Shown: positions 33,413-44,116 of the stretch, one piece after another | Layout of the letters: each line of letters starts with the position of its first letter | Position numbering within the stretch: the first letter of the stretch is position 1 | Source: an uncultured Actinomycetes bacterium | GTDB taxonomy: Bacteria > Actinomycetota > Thermoleophilia > RBG-16-64-13 | Assembly (NCBI GenBank): GCA_963706025.1 | Contig: CAVPLM010000017.1 | Span: 8,058-72,057, forward strand | DNA length: 64,000 nt | Direction: 5' to 3' | Program-made: the position numbers and the translations under genes | Notes under the pieces: generated by a model | Told to the model about the DNA's origin: nothing | Databases searched by the model: none | What the model saw: only the letters and a program-made list of their open reading frames with translations

Positions 33413-34242
33413 TGGGCAAGGTCCTTGTCATCAACTATGACATCTGTAACGGCTGCTACAACTGCCAGGTGGCCTGCAAGGACGAGCACGTGGCCAACGA
33501 CTGGTCGCCTATCGCCAAGCCGCAGCCGGACACCGGCCAGTTCTGGAACAAGGTCTACGACAACGTCCGCGGCCAGGTACCCAAGGTCAAGGTGACTTAC
33601 GAGCACAGCATCTGCCAGCACTGCGACGAGGCTCCCTGCATCGAGGCCTGCAACGTGCACGCTATCTACAAGCGCGACGATGGGGCGGTCATCATCGACC
33701 CCGACAAATGCCGCGGCAACCAGATGTGCATCGCGGCCTGCCCGTACGAGAACGTGATCTACTTCAACGACATGCTCAACATCGCTCAGAAGTGCACCTT
33801 CTGCGCACACCTCCTGGATGACGGTTGGGCGGAGCCCCGTTGCGCGGATGCCTGCCCCACCGGTGCCTTCACGTTCGGCGAGGAGGACGATCCCAAGATC
33901 AAGGAGCTCATCGCCAAGGCGGAGCCGCTCAAGCCGGAACTGGAAGTCAAGCCGCGGGTGTACTACATCGGTCTGCCCAAGAAGTTCATCGCCGGGGCGC
34001 TGTTCGATCAGGAGGTCGACGAGTGCGCCGAAGGCGCTACCGTCAAGGCCACCAACACCGAGACAGGCGACAAGTACCAGGCCACGAGCGACAGCTACGG
34101 CGACTTCTGGCTGAACGGCCTGAAGAACGGCACCTACACCTTGCTGATCGAGAAGCCCGGGTACCTGACGCAGAAGTTCGGCCCTGTCGATGTCACTCAG
34201 AAGGACATGAACGTGGGCGACATCGCCATCTGGAAGGCGTAG
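33409..34242 (+). CDS. BthL-like Fe-S beta subunit (four Cys groups)
   Basis: CNGCYNCQVAC, CQHCDEAPCIEAC, CRGNQMCIAAC, CTFC...CADAC. Confidence 0.88.
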   Translation: MMGKVLVINYDICNGCYNCQVACKDEHVANDWSPIAKPQPDTGQFWNKVYDNVRGQVPKVKVTYEHSICQHCDEAPCIEACNVHAIYKRDDGAVIIDPDKCRGNQMCIAACPYENVIYFNDMLNIAQKCTFCAHLLDDGWAEPRCADACPTGAFTFGEEDDPKIKELIAKAEPLKPELEVKPRVYYIGLPKKFIAGALFDQEVDECAEGATVKATNTETGDKYQATSDSYGDFWLNGLKNGTYTLLIEKPGYLTQKFGPVDVTQKDMNVGDIAIWKA

Positions 34243-34292
34243 CCGCCGCTCGATCGACCTCGGGAGCGCTGTGTTAGACAGGATGACCGACT

Positions 34293-34322
34293 GGGGGCCC
34301 GCCTTCTAGGAGGCGGGCCCCC
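34293..34322 (+). terminator. Hairpin/terminator after the molybdoenzyme array
   Basis: GGGGGCCCGCCT...AGGCGGGCCCCC. Confidence 0.55.
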
Positions 34323-34478
34323 GCCGCTCTGTTGCGTGGTGCGTGGACTTGGCGAAGTGACTAGAATGTAAGTGCGCACTAAGTTACAGAAAGGGGGTTG
34401 GAGCAGGCTGGTTCGGTTAGGACTATGAGCGATTGCAGACGCGACGAGGAACGGGACTAGTCCTAGGAGGAGGGAACC

Positions 34479-35950
34479 ATGGATGACCGTGATAGAGACG
34501 TGAGCATCCGACAAGTAAGCCGCCGCGAGTTCCTGAAGATAGCAGGTGCCGCCGGCGCAGCCGTCGGCCTGGGCGCAGGACTTGGCGGCCTGGTGGCCGC
34601 ATGCGGCGAAGAAGAGACTACGACTACCACTGCGGCGCGCCACTACTACCACCGCGGGTGCGACCACGACCACCGCCGGAGCCACCACGACTACAGCGGG
34701 CGCGCCGGCGGCCGGCAGAGAGATCAAGATAGGCTTCGTGGCGCCCCTCACAGGCCCTCTGGCCAGCTTTGGGGTGGCCGACCGATACTGCCTGGAGCGC
34801 TGGGAGGAGTATGTCGTCGACGGGCTGGATTGCGGAGACGGCAAGACGCACCCGATCAAGTTCTACCTCCAAGGACAGCCAGTCCGATACCAACCGCGCA
34901 GCGCAGGTGGCCGGCGACCTCATCCTCAACGAGAAGATCGACATCATGATGGTCGCCTCCACTCCGGAGACGGTCAGCCCGGTGGCGGATCAGTGCGAGG
35001 CCGATGAGCATGCCCTGCTACAGCAACGATGCGCCGTGGCAGGCCTACTTCTTCGGTCGCGGCGCGAGCGTGGATACGCCCTTCAAGTGGACCTACCATC
35101 ATTTCTGGGGTCTCGAGGACATCATCGCCGTCTACTTGGCCGCCTGGGAGAAGTCGGGCAACGAATAAGATCGTCGGGGCGATGTGGCCGAACGACTCGG
35201 ACGGGAACGCGTTCTCCGATCCCAACACGGGTTTCCCGGCCGCCATCATGCCCGCTGGGCTACACGATAGTCGACCCGGGTCGGTATCAGAACGGCAGCG
35301 AGGACTTCACCGCTCAGATATCGCAGTTCAAGAACGAGGGATGCGAGATCATCACCGGGGTACCCATCCCCCCCGATTTCACCAACTTCTGGAAACAGGC
35401 CACGCAGCAGGGCTTCCAGCCTAAGGTTGGCAGCATCGCCAAGGCCTTGGACCTCCCTTCGGGCGTCGAGGCGCTGGGAGACGCCGGCAACAACTTCACG
35501 GTCGAGTGTCAGTGGACCCCGCGGATGCCGTTCAAGTCGTCACTCACCGGTGAGACCTGTCAGCAGTTTGCCGACGAGTTCGAGAAACGTGCCGGCATTC
35601 AGTGGGCCCAGTATCTGCTGCACTATGCCGTCTTCGAGGTGGTCGCGGATGCGCTCGGGCGGTGCGCGGATGTCGACGACAAAGAAGCCATCATCGAAGC
35701 GATCGGCACTACGAAGTTGGATACGATAGCGGGTCCGGTCGACTTCACCTCGCCGGTATGCGAAGGCACCATGCATCCGGTCAAGAACGTATACCGATCC
35801 CCGCTGGTGAGGGGCCAGTGGGTCAGGAGTGAGCGAGCAAAGTACAAGTACGAGTTCGTCGTAGTCGACAACACCAACTACCCGACGATCGAGGTCGATG
35901 CGCGAGCTCCTGCCGCTGGAGTACTGAACGCCGACCCGACCTTGAGATAG
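34479..35950 (+). CDS. Tat-lipoprotein ABC substrate-binding protein (Liv/PBP1 type) 1; several frameshifts, true end possibly 35927
   Basis: SRREFLKIAG...LVAAC, Thr-rich linker, IKIGFVAPLTGPLASFG, DSQSDTNRAAQVAGDLI, PPDFTNFWKQ. Confidence 0.8.
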
Positions 35951-36131
35951 GAGAGAGGTGCGACCCGCGGGTAGCCCGCGGGTCGCGGGTCATGGCCGAG
36001 GCTCGGTGCTCTGGGGATTTGGGCGTGTTCCAGTGAAAGGGGGCTTGGAAGGCTGATCTCGTCAGGAAAATGGCCCTGAAGAAGAGGGGCAGCGCGCGTG
36101 ACTACAATCACCACAGCCCAGGGAGGAATCA

Positions 36132-37634
36132 ATGGATGGCGGAACAGAAGAATTGAGCGCCCCTAGCGAAGACCGCGTCGACGAGCTTGAGCGCAACTGC
36201 GTCAGTCGCCGCGAGTTCCTCAAACTGGCCGGGATTGCCGGCGCTGCCATCGGCATGGGTGCCGGTCTTGGCGGAGCCGTGGCTGGGTGCGGCGGAGGAG
36301 GAAGAAACTACTACCACCGCGGGCGCCACGACGACGGTGGCGGGCGCCACGACGACTACGGCAGGCGCCACGACCACGACCAGCGCCGGAGCGGAGCTGG
36401 GTCGAGAGATCAAGGTGGGCTTCTCGTCTCCGGGGACGGGGATCTATGCGTCGTTCGGGGTGCCGGATGGCTGGTGCGTGGACAAGTGGAACGCGATCTT
36501 CAAGGACGGGCTTCTGTGCGGAGACGGCCTGGTGCATCCCATCACGATCATCGTCAAGGACAACCAGTCCGACTCGAACCGGGCCTCACAGGTTACTGGA
36601 GACCTCATCAACAATGACAAGGTGGACATCGTCATCTGCGACTCGACTCCCGATACTCGTCAACCCGGCATCCGACCAATGCGAAGCAGCCGGGAATGCC
36701 GTGCGTGTCCAATGACGCCCCCTGGCAGGCCTACTTCTTCGGGCGAGAACGGGGACCCCGAGGTAGGTTTCAAGTGGACATATCATCATGTTCTGGGGGC
36801 TCGATGAGATACATCGCCAACTTCCTCGACATGTGGGCGAAGATTCCGACACGAACCAGGTCGTCGGCGGTATGTGGCCAAATGATGCAGACGGGAACGC
36901 GATGGTAGATCCGGCATGGCTGACAGAGAGTTCGAGGAGCTCGGCAGGACTGGACCGATCATCGATCCCGGCGCCTATCCAGCTGGGAACTGAGGACTTC
37001 ACGGCCAGATGATCTCGCTCTTCAAGAACGAGGGGTCGAGATCATCACCGGCGTCATGCCTCCCCCGGACTTCACAAACTTCTGGAAGCAGGCTATACAG
37101 CAAGGTCTTCCAGCCTAAGGTCTTTCTCACCATGGCCAAGGCCCTGCTCTTTCCGCAGTCGGTCGAAGCTCTGGGTGAGATTGCCGCCAACTACGACAAC
37201 GCGAGTGCTGGTGGTCTCCATACCATCCCTTCAAGTCGTCGCTGACCGGCGAGACCACTGCCGAACTGGCCGCCGACTTCGAGAGCACGCGCCGGCACGC
37301 AATGGACCCAACCCATACTGCACTATGCGCTCATGGAGGTAGTCGCGGATGCGCTTGAAGCGCACGGCCGACGTTGACGACAAGGAGCAGATCTCGAGGG
37401 GGTGCGCGACTACCAAGATGGATACCATGGCCGGTCCTATCGATTTCACCGAGCCCGTCGATCCCATGGGACAACGCATCCGGTGCCCGAACGTCTACAA
37501 GACTCCGCAGGTCGGCTCCCAGTGGGTCAAGGGAACTGGAGAGTGGCTCGTTCGAGCTAGGCGATAGTGGCGAACCCGGATGGCACCGATGGTCCCGGTC
37601 CAGGCGGAAGTCCTGCCGATGCCGAAGATATTGA
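36132..37634 (+). CDS. Tat-lipoprotein ABC substrate-binding protein 2; heavily frameshifted
   Basis: SRREFLKLAG...VAGC, TTTAGA linker, DNQSDSNRASQVTGDLI, WPNDADGNA, AKALLFPQSVEALG. Confidence 0.75.
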
Positions 37635-37885
37635 AGCAGCGGCCCAGGCGGACGTTGCTGGTGTTGAAGTACTGCATGGCCAGGGCGGCTGCCCCAGGGC
37701 GGAATCGTCGTGACCGGATAGCTCCGAGTCACGAATCTGTGTGGACGAAGGCAGATCCAGCTTCTGCCGGTTATGAAAGGGCCGCCGAATGGGATCTCGG
37801 ATGAGGGAAGTCCAGCGACCGGGGCCGCGCCACTTCAAGGCCACGAACGTGCCCAGGGCCGCGCCGATTCGCGACCAGCGAAAGG

Positions 37886-38746
37886 GTGAGCATGGAAGGC
37901 TACTCTATCTTCAGTGAGACCATTGCCGATATGACCTGGCCTGCGGTCGAGGAGGCGGCGCGCCGGAAGGCTCTCATGCTTGTTCCCATCGCGGTGATCG
38001 AGCAACATGGACCGCATCTGCCGCTGGCCACAGACACCTACGGGGCGTATCTCCTAGTTGTCCACATCAGGGCCCGGCTGGCCGAGGCCGGGGTCGAGGC
38101 GCTCATCGCGCCTCCGTACTACTTCGGCATGAATCCGACGACGGCCATGTTCACGGGGTCACTGCACATCGATCGCGAGACTATGGTCAGCATGCTTACC
38201 CAGCTATTCCACAACTACAACCGCTGGGGTTTTCAACGACAATTCATCCTGAACCATCATGGCGATCCCGCCCACAACGACGCGATAATGGAGGCCATCC
38301 GTGCGGTACGGTCCCAGGGAGTCGACGCCGTTTACACGATGGGCGGTTTCGTCCAGCAATTCATCGAGGAGGGCTACGCCTCTGCTTTCCACAAGCCGTT
38401 GCCGCTCCCGGAATCCGCGCTCCTCAAGGCTCCCGAGTCCGAGGCGACCAGGCTGGCCCGTGAGCGGCTTGCCAAGTCGGTCCTCCACGTTCATGCCGAG
38501 GAGTTCGAGACCAGCATGATCATGCGCTGGTATCCGGATGTGCTCGATCCTCAGACCGAGGTCGGGAACCTCCCGCCGGTGCTGCCCACCCCGAAGGAGT
38601 TCGATCAGGCCATCCAAGCCGGCAAATGGAGAGAGCTTTCGCCGGCCGGCTATATCGGGGATCCATCAGTGGCGGCGGCGGAGACCGGAGAGATCTACGC
38701 GTTGGAGGCGGCCGACATCGCGCGCGCCATCGCAGCGCGGTTGTGA
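37886..38746 (+). CDS. Creatininase/cyclic-amide hydrolase family protein
   Basis: DMTWP, EQHGPHLPLATD, NHHGD, HAEEFETS, GYIGDP. Confidence 0.88.
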   Translation: MSMEGYSIFSETIADMTWPAVEEAARRKALMLVPIAVIEQHGPHLPLATDTYGAYLLVVHIRARLAEAGVEALIAPPYYFGMNPTTAMFTGSLHIDRETMVSMLTQLFHNYNRWGFQRQFILNHHGDPAHNDAIMEAIRAVRSQGVDAVYTMGGFVQQFIEEGYASAFHKPLPLPESALLKAPESEATRLARERLAKSVLHVHAEEFETSMIMRWYPDVLDPQTEVGNLPPVLPTPKEFDQAIQAGKWRELSPAGYIGDPSVAAAETGEIYALEAADIARAIAARL

Positions 38747-38833
38747 TGGCAGGGTTCGATCGAGATTCGCCTGTAAGGTAGGGGGAGAGCGGGACTAGGT
38801 GATCAGCGCAGTTGAAAAGAAAGGAGCGAACAG

Positions 38834-39262
38834 ATGAGCGTCAAGATCGAGCACATAGAGTGGCCAGACCGGCCGGATGTGATGATGCCCTATTCACCGG
38901 CCATCAAAGTCACGGGAGGGAGCCTGTTGTTCTTCGCGGGGGTGACGGCCGCTCCCGTCTATCACAGCCACCCCCACATTCCCGCGGAGTTCGACAACAT
39001 ACCCCCGGATATGGCCACCCAAGCCCGAATGACCATGGAGAATCTCAAGAAGTCGGTAGAAGCCGCCGGTGGCACCCTAGAGAACGTCGTGCACTGCAAG
39101 CGCTTCTTGACCAATCTCGACCTGCAGGACGATCTGAACAAAGTCTGGAACGAGTACATGGGCAAGTACAAGCCCACCTCCACCACCGTCCAGGTACAGC
39201 GACTGGCCACCGACCCTCGCTGTCTGGTGGAGATAGACGCCATCGCCGTGGTAGACGACTAG
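38834..39262 (+). CDS. Rid/YjgF-family protein
   Basis: PYSPAI, QARMTMENL...AAGG, LVEIDAIA. Confidence 0.88.
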   Translation: MSVKIEHIEWPDRPDVMMPYSPAIKVTGGSLLFFAGVTAAPVYHSHPHIPAEFDNIPPDMATQARMTMENLKKSVEAAGGTLENVVHCKRFLTNLDLQDDLNKVWNEYMGKYKPTSTTVQVQRLATDPRCLVEIDAIAVVDD

Positions 39263-39301
39263 GGGCGGCGGCTGCATCCACCCACGTCACAAGGAGTCGC
39301 C

Positions 39302-40167
39302 ATGGAGAGGAAGCCCAATTGGGCGGCGCAGACCTTTCTCATCCTTCATCCCGCTGCGGTGGGATGCCTTCTCGGAGCCCTGATTCTCGACCCGGGCGGC
39401 GAGACTCGGGTGTTCGTGATCGCCTGCGTCACCGTCGCCCTGATCTTCGCGGTGGTGGGGGCGATGGTCCCTGTCCTAGCCATCAAGAAGCCGCTCCGAT
39501 CGTATCGCTTCCTCGCCGGAGTCGGGCATTCCCCGCTCAGCCGCCAGGCGGCACTGGTGGGATTGTTCACGTTGCTGTTGCTGGTCTATTGGGTCCTGGT
39601 GCTCGCCGAGGTCAGCGCCCTATGGTTGGGTATCGTCACCGTGGCGGCCGGCGCGGCAGCCGTGCTGGCTGCCGGCCTGGTCTATCTGCTGGGGTCTCAG
39701 CCCGGCTGGCGCCATTGGTCGACTCCGCTGTTGCTCTTCGGTGATCTCTTGGCCCTGGGGGTGTCCACCGGCCTTGTGGTCGCCCTAGGGTGGCGAGACG
39801 TTCTGCTCGCCGGTTCGACCGGCGCCGTTGCCGCGCAGATCTTGGTGCTCGTGGGGGTGGTCGTCCTGGAAACCGGGATCTGGGGAAGGATCGGTCGTGT
39901 CGCCGGACGGGAGCCTCGGACGCAGGACCCGGCACTCGCCCAGGGCGGCCGAGGTTGGACGCCTCTTGCGAGCGCGGTGCTCGTGGCTGTGGCCGGCGTG
40001 CGGCGGCGGCCAGCTTCGCCTGGGAGTGGGCGATCATAGTCTGCTTCACCTGTCTGCTGGCGGCGCTGCTCGTTCATTGGCGAGCGTTCTTCGTCTCTGC
40101 TGCTCCCCATAGCTGGAGGGCCGAGGTGAACTGGTACGCGCCCACGCCTGTCGCCGGGAAGGAGTGA
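39302..40167 (+). CDS. DmsC/NrfD-like membrane anchor subunit (frameshift near 40005)
   Basis: Multiple TM helices, GVGHSPLSRQ (DmsC-like), VY...PGW; directly precedes the Mo subunit. Confidence 0.7.
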
Positions 40168-42825
40168 CGGCCATGACGGAGAGCAAACCGCAGACCCTGG
40201 TCAACCCTGCTCTCGCCGGCGGGCAGTGGAAGAGGGTCATGTGCAAGCTGTGCGGCAATAAGACCTGGTGCACGGCCCAAGCCTACGTGAAAGACGGGAT
40301 CATTCTCAGCGTGGCCGGCGATCCGGAGAACCCGATGAACGGCGAGACGCTCTGTGGCCGGGGCCAAGCGGCCATGATGAACGTCTACAACCCCTATCGG
40401 GTAAAGGCGCCCATGAAGCGCACCAATCCCAACAAAGGGCTCGACGAAGACCCCGGCTGGGTGGAGATAAGCTGGGACGAGGCCCTCGACACGGTGGCGG
40501 CAAAGATGCGGGAGATCGCCGAGCGCGGCGACCCTCGCCGGTTCGGCCACTGCTTCGGGTTCGCCGCCTGGGCCAACATCGTCTCGGACGAGGCCTTCTG
40601 CCGCGCCTTCGGCAGCCCGTACGACATACAGGGCAGGGGCCACCTGTGCCCGGTCCACATCGGGGCCTCCTTCGTCAACGGGACCTTCCTGGATAAGCAG
40701 GACGTGGAGTACGCGAACTACTTCCTCACCATCGGTGGTAGCTTGGGCCCCAACTCCGGCAGCGCCCACGGCATGCGGGCCGTGTCCCGGGCCATGGAAC
40801 GGGGCATGAAGCTGGTGGTCGTCGATCCGCGGATGAGCCCGGAGGCGGCCATGGCCCAGGAGTGGGTACCCATCCGGCCCGGGGGCGACCTGGCCTTCAC
40901 CCTCAGCATGCTCCACGTGATGCTCCACGAGATGCCGGTGACCGATCTGGATCTACGCTTCATCAAGGAACGGAGCAACCTGGTCTACCTCATCGGCGAG
41001 GACAAGCTGTACCTCACCGATCCGGAAACCGCCAAACCGCTCGTGTGGGATCCGGTGGACGATGGTGCGAAGACCTTCGACGATCCGACCATCAAGGACT
41101 ACGCGCTCGCCGGTTCTTACGGGATCGACGGGCGTGTAGGCACGCCGGCCTTCGCTCTTCTCAAGGAACGGATGGCGGAATACACGCCCGAATGGCAGGA
41201 GCAACACACCACGGTCCCCGCCGAGACCATCCGCCGCATCACCCGGGAGTTCGTGGACGCGGCCCAGGTCGGAGCCACCATCACTCTGGACGGTTTTGAG
41301 TTCCCCCTGCGCCCGGCCGTCATCAAGTCGGAGCGGGGTGCCTACTCCACCACCCATGGCGCCTATCAGCACTTCGCCGTCAAGATCGTGGCCGGCCTGG
41401 TGGGAGCCACCGACGTGCCCGGCGGCTTCCTGGGTTCGGAGCAAGGACCCGTGCTCAGCCCCGGACCGGACGGGGTGGTATCGCCCAAGCAGGAGGCCCA
41501 GCCGATTCCCTGGCAGCAGCCTCCTTCTCTGGACCTGCGGGAATTCTACCCCCACCGGCACACCGGCCCCTATCTAGTCTGGAAGACGGTGCTCGATCCA
41601 GAGAAATACGGGGTCGACCACAACCTCGACATGCTCATGGTCTACGGCAGCAATCCCATCCACTCGAACTGCACGCCCATGCGCGCCATCGAGGCGTTCA
41701 AGAAGATCCCGTTCATGGCGGTCGTCGCTTTGGTCTACGACGAGACCACCCAGTTCGCGGATATACTTCTGCCCGAGAGCACCATCCTTGAGCGGCATGC
41801 GCTCCTCGAGTACGGCGACCACGTCGTGCACGCGGCCGATGAGGCCATCCTGCGTACCCGTACCGTGCAGGTCACCAAGCCGGTCATCGACCCGGTCTGG
41901 AACACCCGCCAGGCTGACGACATGTACATAGAGATCGCCGAGCGGGCGGGATTCCTCTTTGGCGAAGGCGGACTGAACGCGGAGCTCAATCGGACCCTCA
42001 ACCTGTGCGACGAGCACAAGCTCGACCTGAACACCAAGTACCTGACTCCCGATCTGATCGACCGGATCACCCGCTGCCATTTCGGCGACGAGTACGGGAT
42101 GGACTACTTCGACGAGCACGCCCTGATCCCCGATCTCCTGCCCAAGGCCGAGGCCTACAACTTCTACTATTTCCCCTGGGGAAAAACCCGTCATCCGCTG
42201 TATCTGAACCAGTTCTACGCGAACGGTCAGGAGTTCAAGAGGAATCTGGCCGGCGCCGGTCTCGAAGCTCCTCCCGGATGGGACCCCGCTACCTACTGGG
42301 ATCACTGGGAGCCCATCCCGCGGTGGGTCGGACGCTGCGACGAAGCCTACGCGGAGGAATACGATCTCAGGGCCATGGTCTGGACCACGCCGCAGACCCG
42401 GATGTGCTCAGGCGACCAGATAGGCAATCCCTGGGTGCGGGAGCCGGTGGACGAGTTCGACCCTTACGATCTCGCCATCCTCATCAACAGCGAGACCGCC
42501 CGCAGGAAGGGTCTTAAAGATGGGGATCAAGTGAAGGTGGAGGCTTTCTGGGGCGGTACAGCTCAAGGCATGCTCAAGGTAACGGAATTGATCCACCCGG
42601 AGGCGCTCGGGTTTCCCCGGCCACCATGGCTTCAAGGGGCGCCTGCGCAACCCCATCACCTGGAAAGGACCCGATTTCAACGATCTCCTCTCCGATAGGG
42701 AGGGAGAGTTCGATCCCATCTCCTGCGCGACCGACATCAGTCCCCGGGTGCGCGTGGTGAAGCTGGGCGCCGATGGTGCGAGTGCCGCCCGGGCGAACCC
42801 CGAGGGTCAAGGAGGTGCGCCATGA
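40164..42825 (+). CDS. Mo-bisPGD oxidoreductase catalytic subunit with FS0, PadB/ArrA/PsrA-like (frameshift near 42615)
   Basis: CKLCGNKTWC...LCGRG FS0 motif, KRTNPNKG..EDPGWVEISWDEAL, GHLC putative Cys ligand, ADILLP; no Tat signal. Confidence 0.85.
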
Positions 42826-43475
42826 GATACGGCATGGTCATCGATCTCTCCAAGTGCTCTGGGTGTATGTCGTGCGACGTGGCCTGCAAGCGCGAGAACT
42901 TCACCCCTCCGGGCGTGCACTGGAGCAAGGTGCACATCTACGAGACCGGCCGGTATCCTCACTCCAAGCTGCGTTCGCTTCCGGACCACTGCATGCACTG
43001 CGAAGAGCCGGCCTGTGAGAAGGCCTGCCCCACCGGGGCCACCAGCCACCGGGCCGACGGCGTGGTGACCATCGACAACGATTGCTGTGTGGGCTGCGGC
43101 TACTGTGCCCTGGCCTGTCCCTACCAAGCCCGGGTGCTGAACCGTGGCGAACCTAGACCTTACCATGAGCCTCATGGTTTTACGCCGTTCGAGGAGATAG
43201 GCTACTTCCAGCGCTTGGGACCGGTGGAGCACGGCAAGGGGGTCATTGAGAAGTGCACCTTCTGTGTCCACAGGCTCGACCAGGGAGGAGAGCCGTCCTG
43301 CGTGAGCACCTGCCCCGCAGGCGCCCGGACCTTCGGCGACCTCGACGACCCCGAGAGCGAGGTGGCACGGCTGGCGGCCGGCGGCGCGAAGGGCCGCCTG
43401 GACGAGCACGGTACCAAGCCCAAGGTCTTGTATCTCTTCCTGGACGAGCATCTGGGCAAGGGGATGGCTGAATGA
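42822..43475 (+). CDS. 4Fe-4S dicluster electron-transfer subunit (DmsB/NrfC-like)
   Basis: CSGCMSCDVAC, CMHCEEPACEKAC, CVGCGYCALAC, CTFC...CVSTC. Confidence 0.92.
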   Translation: MRYGMVIDLSKCSGCMSCDVACKRENFTPPGVHWSKVHIYETGRYPHSKLRSLPDHCMHCEEPACEKACPTGATSHRADGVVTIDNDCCVGCGYCALACPYQARVLNRGEPRPYHEPHGFTPFEEIGYFQRLGPVEHGKGVIEKCTFCVHRLDQGGEPSCVSTCPAGARTFGDLDDPESEVARLAAGGAKGRLDEHGTKPKVLYLFLDEHLGKGMAE

Positions 43476-44116
43476 CGGCGTTCGAAGAGATCGCGGAGGC
43501 CCTGGATCGGTTGGACGAGGACACGGTCGAGCTCGTTCGCGAGGCTCTGGCTCGGGGTGAAGACCCGCTCGAGATCATCGAACAGGGCATCGTGGTTGGC
43601 ATCCGCACCTGTGGGGACAAGCTGGCCGCCTACGAATACGGGGTGCCGGAGCTCCTCGTGGCCGGTGAGCTGGCTCAGGAATGCATCAAAGTGGTGAGGC
43701 CCCACCTGGACCCCAGCAAAGCGCCGGCCAAGGCCACAGTCGTTATAGCCACCGTCCAGGGCGACATACACGAATTGGGCAAGAACCTCGTTGCCCTCTT
43801 GCTGGAGCTTGCGGGTTTCACGATCGTCGATCTCGGGGTGGATGTGGCTCCGATGGCCATCATCGACAAAGCGGAGGAGACGGGCGCGACTGTCATAGCT
43901 CTCTCGTCTCTGATGGTGACCACGATGCCGGCCCAGCAGGAAGTCATCACCTATCTCAGGGATACAGGGAAGCGAGAGAGGTTCCGAGTCATCGTCGGCG
44001 GGGCGCCTACCTCGCAATCCTGGGCGAATTCGATCGGTGCTGACGGCTGGGCGGCGGATGCCCAAGCTGCCGTCGCGCTGGTCGAAGGCCTGTGCGGATC
44101 CGGTGATCGGCAGTGA
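43472..44116 (+). CDS. Methyltransferase cognate corrinoid protein
   Basis: GDIHELGKNLV (DxHxxG), DLGVDV, LSSLMVTTM, VGGAP. Confidence 0.92.
   Translation: MTAFEEIAEALDRLDEDTVELVREALARGEDPLEIIEQGIVVGIRTCGDKLAAYEYGVPELLVAGELAQECIKVVRPHLDPSKAPAKATVVIATVQGDIHELGKNLVALLLELAGFTIVDLGVDVAPMAIIDKAEETGATVIALSSLMVTTMPAQQEVITYLRDTGKRERFRVIVGGAPTSQSWANSIGADGWAADAQAAVALVEGLCGSGDRQ

Noticed and set aside
37680-37885. Possible cobalamin or Moco riboswitch upstream of the creatininase-MtmB operon
   Set aside because: Only a short AGGGAA...GCCACT resemblance; other conserved elements were not found. An Infernal/Rfam scan would decide.
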